A stretch of 43,047 bases of DNA, taken from assembly GCA_031423995.1 (NCBI GenBank), contig JANPGO010000060.1, forward strand, positions 1 through 43,047, written 5' to 3'. This document shows positions 35,078 to 43,047 of the stretch, in pieces. Below the pieces are notes generated by a model. It saw nothing but the letters and a program-made list of their open reading frames with translations, was not told the origin of the DNA and did not search any database. Source of the stretch: Candidatus Altimarinota bacterium. GTDB lineage: Bacteria > Patescibacteriota > Gracilibacteria > BD1-5 > UBA2023. The position numbers and the translations under genes are program-made. Position 1 is the stretch's first letter; every line of letters begins with the position of its first letter.

Positions 35078-35089
35078 GGAGTAAATTCG

Positions 35090-35118
35090 AAAAAAGTCTA
35101 CTTTTGTAGACTTTTTTT
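35090..35118. terminator. Intrinsic terminator
   Basis: AAAAAAGTCTAC-TTTT-GTAGACTTTTTT. Confidence 0.8.
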
Positions 35119-35208
35119 ATTGATAATCTGCTCCACGATTCGGCTGTTGCAAATAATCAACAAATTTATATACTAAGAATTGTTTTAAACATTCTAATTC
35201 TTTTAACT

Positions 35209-35703
35209 ATGAAAAACAGAATTTTTTCAGTATTTTTTATACTAAATTTAGTACTAATAGCATTTTCATTCATGACAATCAATGGTTATGCAACGACAGA
35301 AAGTAAATCAATAGAAAAAAATGGAAATTCCATGAAATCAAAAACATCTCTAGGTACTAAAAAATTTATGTCATTGGATTTATATCTACAAAATAAGGAA
35401 ATAGCAGAAATTCTTGATTGTGGTGCTACACGGAAAGTTACATATCAAGTACCTAGAACCATGTCGCCCATACACGTATCGTTAAAAATACTTTTCGAAA
35501 AGGAACTCGCTCGTTATGGTACGTATAAGTCAGTGATAGTTTCAAAGGGTATTGCTCGGGTGTATCTAAAGAAATTTTATAATCCAGCTCTGAGTAGTTG
35601 TGAAAGTAGCCACCTCGTCTCAGTAATAGAAGATACCCTTACTCAATATAAGAGTGTTCAGTCCATTGAACTCTATTCCCCAAATGGACGTATACAATTT
35701 TAA
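35209..35703 (+). CDS. Secreted GerMN-like domain protein
   Basis: Signal peptide; IARVYL...LSSCESSHLVSVIEDTLTQYKSVQSIEL; own promoter TTGCAA-16 nt-TATACT at 35147-35174. Confidence 0.7.
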   Translation: MKNRIFSVFFILNLVLIAFSFMTINGYATTESKSIEKNGNSMKSKTSLGTKKFMSLDLYLQNKEIAEILDCGATRKVTYQVPRTMSPIHVSLKILFEKELARYGTYKSVIVSKGIARVYLKKFYNPALSSCESSHLVSVIEDTLTQYKSVQSIELYSPNGRIQF

Positions 35704-35762
35704 GAAAGAGAAACTTTTGTAATGTAATATTGATAACATATAACTTTTATTTCTTATATACT

Positions 35763-37304
35763 ATGTCCCTCCTCACAGATATTATCACTCACTATACTTT
35801 TTCTGGAAAATCATTTCCCATCGGTCTCGGTATGGAGAAATGATCTGTCCTTCCAGGAGCGATTGTCTCACTTCCACTCTCCACGATGAATCGTCATGGA
35901 CTCATCGCTGGTGCGACCGGAACCGGGAAGACGAAGACACTCCAGAAGATGATCGAATCCCTCTCGGTCAATGGTGTCCCAACAGTCGTGATGGATATAA
36001 AGGGAGATGTATCTGGGTTGGCACTTCCATGAGAAATGAATGAAAAAATCAGTGAGAGACTCTCGATCCTCGGGAAATCAGACTGGAAATGAACAGGATT
36101 CCCGACGGAATTCTATACCCTCACTGGCGCCCAGTGAGTGAAACTCAGGGCAACGGTCAGTGAATTTTGAGCCGTTCTCTTTGCTCGGCTTCTCGAGCTC
36201 AATAATACGCAGGAAAGTGTGATTGCGCTGATATTCCAGTATTGTGATGATACTGCTCTCCTCCTCATTGATCTGGAAGATGTAAAAAAGGTCCTACAAT
36301 ATCTCTCAAATGAAGGAAAGGAGGAAATCGAAAAAGAATATGGCATGATCTCAACGTCGACCGTTGGAACGATCATGCGAAAGGTGATCGAACTCGAGTC
36401 ACAAGGGGCAGCAATATTTTTCGGTGAACCGTCATTCGAAGTTGTTGACCTCATGCGAACCGATGAGAGTGGAAATGGTTATGTGAATATCATCCGTCTC
36501 ATGGACATGATGACTCGACCGAAGCTCTTTTCGACCTTCATCCTCTCGCTCCTCTCTGAAATCTATAATACTCTCCCTGAAGTTGGGGATATCGAGAAAC
36601 CGAAGCTCATCCTCTTCATCGATGAAGCACACCTGATCTTCGAGAATGCTTCATCCTCGCTTCTTAGAGAAATCGAGATGATCATCAAGCTGATTCGATC
36701 GAAGTGAGTGGGGATATATTTCTGTACACAGAATCCGATCGATATCCCAGCAAATATCCTCGCTCAGCTCGGATTGAAGGTACAGCATGCACTCCGTGCC
36801 TTCACCGCGAAGGACCACGAAACCATCAAACGTGCGAGTGAGAACTTCCCAACCACCGAGTATTATGATGTCGCCCATGATCTCACGACACTCGGGATCG
36901 GAGAAGCCTTCATCACGGCTCTCGATGAAAAGGGTATCCCAACCCCCCTCGTTCACACGATGATCGCACCCCCTGAGTCTCGTATGGGAATCCTCACGGA
37001 GAGTGAACTCATGGGTCTCACGAGTATCTCCCCGCTCATCTCGAAATATAATATCATCCTCGACCGCGAAAGTGCCCGAGAAATTCTCGAAAGGAGAGTA
37101 TCAGAAAAAATAGCACAAAATACTCCATCGATGATGGAAGGTATGATGAGTGGCACAACGGGGAAAATCGCAAAAAATGTCGGAGGCACCCTTGCTGCCG
37201 AGCTCGGTCGTACACTCGGAAGGTCTCTCGGTGGACGCACGGGTGGAACGATCGGTGCACAGATCGCGAGAGGACTCCTCGGATCTATTTTTGGGGGAAG
37301 ATAG
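35763..37304 (+). CDS. HerA-like / DUF853 (YjgR-type) ATPase
   Basis: [62 protein letters not shown]. Confidence 0.93.
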
Positions 37305-37347
37305 TGGGTGACATATCTCGACATTACTGTTTTAGGTTGCAGAAAAA

Positions 37348-37648
37348 TGTCATTTCGAACAAAATTTTAGGGTAAATTTTCGTGAGAAATCTTCCTTCTA
37401 ATGTTTCATAAATATGTCTGAAGAGATGTACATCTACATTCTTACGAACCACTCTCACAATACCTTCTATACTGTTGTCACGAACAATCTCAAAAGAAGA
37501 ATCCTTGAGCATCGACAAAAACTACCGTCGAGAAAAGAAAATTTATCTCATAGAATCGATAAATCTATTTTGGAAAGATCTTTCTGAAAATTGGTACAAT
37601 TAAAAGGAAGATTTTTCCTTCTCACTTCGCATAGAAGTCGAAATAACT
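37348..37648 (+). pseudogene. Decayed family A GIY-YIG element (nuclease remnant 37414-37603)
   Basis: MYIYILTNHSHNTFYTVVTNNLKRRILEHRQK, then an internal deletion/frameshift to RREKKIYLIESINLFWKDL; flanked by TGTCATTTCGA..GAAATCTTCCTT and AAGGAAGATTT..TCGAAATAAC. Confidence 0.85.
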
Positions 37649-37710
37649 TTCTTATAAGTTATTTATAGAATACCGTATTTTTATCATTTGGTTTCTAATC
37701 ATAACTTCTT

Positions 37711-38481
37711 ATGTTTTCCCTCGCACTTGGCGGATGAGCCGCTCGTGGACTCGCTCATATCGGTGTGATTCGTCGACTCGAAGAGATGGACTTCAAACCA
37801 GCAGCTATTTCTGGAACCAGTATGGGTGCCATTATCGGTGCACTCTATGCCCTCGGGAAGGATTCTCATGAGATAGAGTCGATCGTCGCGAGTGTCCCTT
37901 GGGTGAAGCTCCTCGATCCGGATATGCAGAAGTGACTTCTGAAGGGTGACAAAGTCGAGAAATACCTCGATGATATTTTCGAAGGGAAGAGTTTCGCTGA
38001 CCTCCAGATCCCACTCACGGTCACCTCGACCAATATTGATACTGGGGAGGGGATTATTTTTCGATCATGACAACTCTCTGCCGCTGTGAGGGCATCGATC
38101 GGACTCCCCTGAGTCTTCATCCCGAAAACCTACCTCGGACAAAACTGTGTGGATGGAGGACTCGCGAACAATCTCCCGATCGAATATCTCCCAGAAGGGA
38201 AGGTGATCGCGGTATCCGCCCTCCGTGACCTCACCAGGAAGATACGGTATGAGAAAGAGTTTTTCGGAGTCAATTGGTCGAAGACCATCTTCTGAGTGAC
38301 CTATTCCATCATCCAGAAGACGATCGATATCATGCTCACACAGAATGAATCCCGTTCTGTTAGCTCGAGAAAGGATGTCACCTATATTCGCCCAGAATTC
38401 GACTGACTCGACTACTATGAGTTCGATAAATATCAGAAATTCATCGAGGCAGGCTATGTGGCAGCGAGACTATGACTCTAA
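37711..38481 (+). CDS. Patatin-like phospholipase
   Basis: LALGGGAARGLAHIG, GTSMG, DGG..NNLP. Confidence 0.95.
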
Positions 38482-38547
38482 TATCGAGACGAATCTTGAT
38501 TTTCTCGTGAAAATGAATAGTCTGCACGCAGTCTTCACTTCTTTCTC

Positions 38548-38787
38548 ATGAATCTCATTCTCCTCTGAGTCTATATCGTGATCATTATCGTGATCTTCGC
38601 ATTTATCGGGATTGTACTGATGGATATAGGGAATTTCAAGCAGTATTCGAAATATCTCCCGACCGTCCTCAGGATCTACCTCGCGACGATTATTATCATC
38701 GCGATATTCTGAGCGTACAAAATCTCGACGCACTATACCCCTCCGAAGAAGCAGAGAAATATTCAGACCGAACAGGTGAATTTCTAA
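38548..38787 (+). CDS. Small two-TM membrane protein (79 aa)
   Basis: Native codon style; two hydrophobic segments; upstream TTGATT-16 nt-TAGTCT. Confidence 0.7.
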
Positions 38788-38807
38788 TTTCTAAACACTA
38801 TAATCTC

Positions 38808-39932
38808 ATGCAAGTCGGAATCGTCGGTCTCCCCAATGTTGGTAAATCCACACTTTTTAATGCGCTCACCAAATCCTATGCTGCCGAGGCAGCGAACTTC
38901 CCATTCTGTACGATAGAACCAAATGTCGGAATCGTGAATGTGAACGACGAACGTCTTGAGCAAATCCGTGTGGTCGTGAATGGGGCGAAGATCATCCCAG
39001 CGACTGTCGAATTCGTCGATATCGCAGGGCTCGTCGAGTGAGCAAGTAAGGGTGAATGACTCGGAAATAAATTCCTCTCCCATATCCGTAGTGTCGATGC
39101 TATCCTTCAGGTCGTCCGAGCCTTCGATGACTCCACTGTCCACCATGTAAGTGGCTCAGTCGATCCCAAGCGTGATATCGAGATTATCAATCTCGAACTG
39201 ATATTCGCTGACCTCGAGACTCTCGATAAGCGCATCGGTGACAATCAGAAAAAGGTACGAGCCGGGGATAAGGAAGCAAAATCTCGGGAAGATATCTACA
39301 ATAGACTCAAGGCACACCTCGAATCAGGAGCAATCGCCTCCCTCATGGAAATGACCGACGATGAGAAACTCGCCGTCGCCGACCTCCATCTCCTCACCAA
39401 TAAGCCATTCATCTATGCCGTGAATGTGACAGAAGATTGGTTCTCGAGCCCCCCTGAAAAGGGGGGTAGCGAAGCTGGGGGGTTCAATGACACTGAACTC
39501 AGAGCAATTACTGGCATTTCAGACTCCAAAATCCCGGTCCTTCCCGTAAGTGCGAAGATCGAGATGGATATGCTCGAATTCTCCGAAGAGGATAAGAAGA
39601 TGTTCCTCGCAGATATGGGGATCGACTTCAATCCGATGGATACGATTATCCGGACTTGCTATGATCTCCTCGGACTCCAGTACTACTTCACCGCAGGGGA
39701 GATCGAGGTGCGAGCCTGGACGATCCATCAGGGAGATACAGCTCCTGTCGCTGCAGGAGTGATCCATACGGACTTCCAGAAGAAATTCATCAAGGCAGAA
39801 ACCGTGAACTGGAAGAATCTCGTCGAATTCGGAGGATGGTCAGGAGCACGTGAGAAGGGAAAAGTACGCATGGAAGGGAAGGAATATATCGTCGCGGATG
39901 GGGATGTGATGTTGTTTAAATTTGGGGGGTAA
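38808..39932 (+). CDS. ychF: Obg-family ATPase YchF
   Basis: [48 protein letters not shown] (two TGA), [20 protein letters not shown]. Confidence 0.98.
39449..39484. repeat. Family B half-element, in frame in ychF
   Basis: CCCCCCTGAAAAGGGGGG-AGCGAAGCT-GGGGGGTT; encodes SPPEKGGS, identical to the peptide in the LepA insertion. Confidence 0.82.
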
Positions 39933-39951
39933 TTCTTAATAAGAAATTATC

Positions 39952-40335
39952 ATGAAAATTCATCGAAATACAATACTTAAATACGTGATTGCCTCATCAT
40001 ATATTACGATATATCTAGTGCTATTGATGAGAGGAATATTTTTTCCTAAACCCATTATTCCCAAATTAGGAATAACAGAGGATTGGGATCCAGCATTATT
40101 AATGATTATAAAGCAATGACTTCTCTTGCTTTGTCTATGTATCATACTCTATACAATAGATAAAATATTTTTTCTGTATAGAAAAAATATTACAAACACT
40201 CTTCTCACTCCCGAAGAAAAAAGAATAAAACTGTTTCAATCTCTCCTCTTCTGAATCAATAGCTTTTTCACGGCTATAACATTACTTCTTTTTTTGGACA
40301 ATATCTATTATTTTATATTAGATAATCTTTTATAA
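39952..40335 (+). CDS. AT-rich hypothetical membrane protein (127 aa)
   Basis: Open frame with UGA=Gly; three hydrophobic segments. Confidence 0.6.
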
Positions 40336-40528
40336 GATGACATATAAACTTTTGGCCTAATCCTTGTCACTCCTTTAAAATTTCATATTTTGTATATTCT
40401 TTATACTCTTTTTCAAAAAAAGATATACAAAAATCCAATAAAAAAAAATCCCCTTCACGTTCCGTTGGCTTGAAAAGATTTTTGCATTTTATCGAAACGA
40501 GATATAATCAGTACATAATTTCAAGAAT

Positions 40529-40717
40529 ATGAACCCCATTAAAAATCAGGATATAGATACAACATCCACGATCTATTGGACAAAGTTTATATCTTTTCCA
40601 AAGGTTTCTACAAAAAAGGAGCGAATCGACGCTATCAATGCACGACTTCTTCGAAGTGAAAAATCGAAGAATCCAAAACAAGATATTTCTGAATATGATA
40701 TTGCGGCATATTTTTAA
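40529..40717 (+). CDS. Putative antitoxin (62 aa)
   Basis: Small ORF directly upstream of a PIN-domain gene. Confidence 0.55.
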   Translation: MNPIKNQDIDTTSTIYWTKFISFPKVSTKKERIDAINARLLRSEKSKNPKQDISEYDIAAYF

Positions 40718-40729
40718 GAAAATTCTCAT

Positions 40730-41116
40730 ATGTTCATTATTGACTCAAGTATTTTTTGTGCATGCTTCTTAGATGAGGATACGAACCATGAAAGGGCGAA
40801 AGTACTCTTGTGAGAAATCGAGGAACGGATATTGGTTCCATATATCGTCTTGAGTGAGGTGCTGACTGTATTGACCTATAAACATTCGAAAGATCGTGCA
40901 AATGAATTTGCAGATTTTATACTCTCAGATAATCGATTCATTTTGATAGATGCAGACATGACGAGTGAGGTATATTTCTGGAAATCGATCGATAATAATC
41001 TCTCCTATATCGATATTGTCCTGACCTATGTTGCCCTTCGAAACGATGCCACTCTCCTCACCTTTGACGATGCAATGATAAAGTTCTATCAAAAAATCCG
41101 AGAAAATAAATCGTAA
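40730..41116 (+). CDS. PIN-domain (VapC-like) ribonuclease toxin
   Basis: MFIIDSS...DTNHERA, VLSEV, LSYID, LLTFD acidic PIN motifs; 128 aa. Confidence 0.88.
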
Positions 41117-41195
41117 AAAAATCCCTTTCACGATACGTTGGCTTGAAAAGTTATTATAAGAATAACTGTATTATATCTGCTTACCAATTACAATC

Positions 41196-41477
41196 ATGCA
41201 CTTACAAGATTCACAAATACTCATTCTATTTTTTGTATTCCACATTATTCTTTTTAGTAGTTTTTCTGTCCTAAAACTCAATATTCTTACTTGGAGAATC
41301 ATAACGATTATTCTTGTTTTAGTAGAACCGTACCTCATTCTCTGGCTGATGGGATGATGAGGTCCAGATAATATCTGAGCATGAATCTGAATTATGATTT
41401 TATATATTGTAGTCTGATTTCCGATTTATATACTTTCAGGAATAGTCTATCTCATCTGAAAGCAGCTTCAAAAATAA
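41196..41477 (+). CDS. Small three-TM membrane protein (93 aa)
   Basis: Open with UGA=Gly; stop codon abuts the third repeat. Confidence 0.65.
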
Positions 41478-41770
41478 AAAAATCCCCTTCACGTTTCGTT
41501 GGCTTGAAAAGATTTTTTAGCCTGTGAGGGGATTTTTAATTCATACCTTTTCTTCACGTTGGTATGAGACGAGGTCTACTGCACTTAGGTTAGTTTTACG
41601 AGGATAACCAGCTTTTGTATTGATTTGATATTCCTTTATGGAAGATCGGTTTGTATAGAAAGCATAGTGCTTTGTATGTGTATTTATTTTTTTCTGGAAC
41701 TTCGATCGGTTTAAGCGACCAAATCTCAGAAGGCGGCGAGTGAAGTTCACCAGTGCTCGTGAAGTAGACA
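41476..41770 (-). ncRNA. Candidate structured ncRNA (~295 nt); alternatively an 84-aa basic ORF at 41517-41771
   Basis: TTGACA(41804-41799)-17 nt-TAAGAT(41781-41776) promoter; nested long-range stems; terminal hairpin 41478-41537 followed by a U run. Confidence 0.4.
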
Positions 41771-41929
41771 TAGGAATCTTAGCATGCTTTGGATTCCCTG
41801 TCAAAAATTTGAACCCTTTTTTTCGCTCATTTTCGAACAATAGGTAGAGAGTCCTTTCCCAGACTGGAGAATCGGGAAAACTTGACTAAATCCTCCCAGT
41901 CGCTACACTCTGCTCAATCTCTCTTTTCT

Positions 41930-43047
41930 ATGCTTTCTGATCTTATTGCTCGAGTCATCGCCGTACATCCTGACTTCACCCATGCGGAAGTCGAGGAAGT
42001 ATGTCGTGACTATCTCGACTCGATCACTGAGAAGATCAAGGAAGAGACCAAGATGAAACGCCTCGTGAAGTATATGGAGAAGGAATTCGAGCTCGATAGT
42101 ATGAAGCTCGAGAAGAAATCAAATCGTATCTATTCGCTCGAATCCATTCCTGAATCACTCTTTCGTGGGAAATCGAGCATTGCCTCGAGCCTCGTCACTA
42201 TCCGTAATCTCACGAAGAATATCGAACAGACGGAACTCTTTCTCGATGCCGAGCTCCAGATCAACCGTGAGGACAAGATCGCACTCATCGGGAAGAATGG
42301 AGCAGGGAAGACTACACTCCTGAAGATGATCATCGGTCGAGATGATGACTATAAGGGATCGATCGAACGGGCTACAGGGCTCCAGATCGGATACCTCTCA
42401 CAGGATCTCTTCTGGCAGGATACAAGAAATACTCTCAAGGAAGAGATGCTCATGGTATTTCCCGAGATCAGTGCACAGATCGATCGACTGCATGACATCG
42501 AGCACGATGATGCTCACTGGGAAGAGATTGATATGATTAATAGTTATCTGAGGGAAAACGATGGCTATCGAAAGTATGAACTCCAGACAGAGATACTGAA
42601 GTATTTCTGATTTTCTGACGAACAGCTCGATCTCAATGTTCTCTCACTCTCAGGAGGGGAGCAGACCAAGGTCCAGATCGCGAAATTCCTCATCACCGAG
42701 GTCGATCTCCTTATTCTCGATGAGCCGACGAATCACCTCGATATCGAAGGGATCCTCTTTCTCGAGAAGTTCTGCAAAATCTGGAAAAAAGCTATCATCT
42801 CGATCTCGCATGATGTCCGATTTATCGACAATACTGCGGACACGATCATCGAGATTTCTCAGAAGAAGCTCCATCTCTATCCGGGCAAGTATGAGAAATA
42901 CCAGATCGAGAAACAGGCTCGCTATGATCGACAGATGAAGGCTCACGAGCTCCAGAAGAAGGATATCGAAGAGCAAGAAGCCTGGATCAATCGATTTCGC
43001 TATACGCCGAGCAAGTCCGCGAGTGTCCAGAGTCGCATCAAGCAGAT
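41930..43047 (+). CDS. ABC-F family ATPase, 3' end outside the window
   Basis: GKNGAGKTT, GYLSQD, LSGGEQTK, ILDEPTNHLD, ISHDVRF; promoter TTGACT-16 nt-TACACT at 41882-41909. Confidence 0.93.

Larger units (their letters stand above)
40443..41518 (+). repeat. Three ~40-bp direct repeats (40443-40483, 41115-41150, 41476-41518) separating gene cassettes
   Basis: Consensus AAAAAATCCCYTTCACG-nnn-CGTTGGCTTGAAAAG. Confidence 0.9.

Noticed and set aside
40443-41518. Repeats read as a CRISPR array or classical integron
   Set aside because: Spacing is 350-670 bp and contains whole genes; no cas or intI gene; no attC core sites
41476-41830. tmRNA, suggested by AAAAUAAAU followed by a ...HYAF reading
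   Set aside because: No GGGG 5' acceptor strand, no T-arm or CCA end, and no stop after the tag-like codons
89-43047. Mass pseudogenisation suggested by the fragmented ORF track
   Set aside because: Breaks are in-frame TGA at Gly positions and frames continue; this is recoding, not decay

Overview
43 kb of core chromosome from a bacterium that reads UGA as glycine (translation table 25; Gracilibacteria or Absconditabacteria/SR1 type, Patescibacteria/CPR). The supplied ORF track used UGA as stop and is therefore fragmented; all coordinates below come from manual re-translation with UGA=Gly. Housekeeping genes: lepA, pyrB-pyrC, pyrD, a pyrF-pyrE fusion, rpiB, prs, ndk, rluD, rbfA, ftsQ-like, nth, lspA, cutA, tyrS, clpP, ychF and a partial ABC-F. 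There is also a ~1940-aa beta-helix/Ig-repeat surface protein. Small AT-rich accessory genes sit between these. Most notable: (1) a minimal GIY-YIG nuclease element bounded by palindromic inverted repeats, present as intact, decayed and empty copies; (2) palindromic MITE-like repeats of three families inserted in frame in conserved proteins (LepA twice, RluD, YchF, PyrF-E linker, an ABC ATPase), four of which stay open only because UGA is Gly; (3) an integrase-less 580-bp islet at the lepA 3' end carrying a toxin-like ORF and a convergent candidate sRNA; (4) a tandem cassette array delimited by a ~40-bp repeat next to a candidate structured ncRNA; (5) sigma70-like promoters with a recurrent 16-nt spacer. 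No tRNA, rRNA, CRISPR array, integrase or transposase was recognised.
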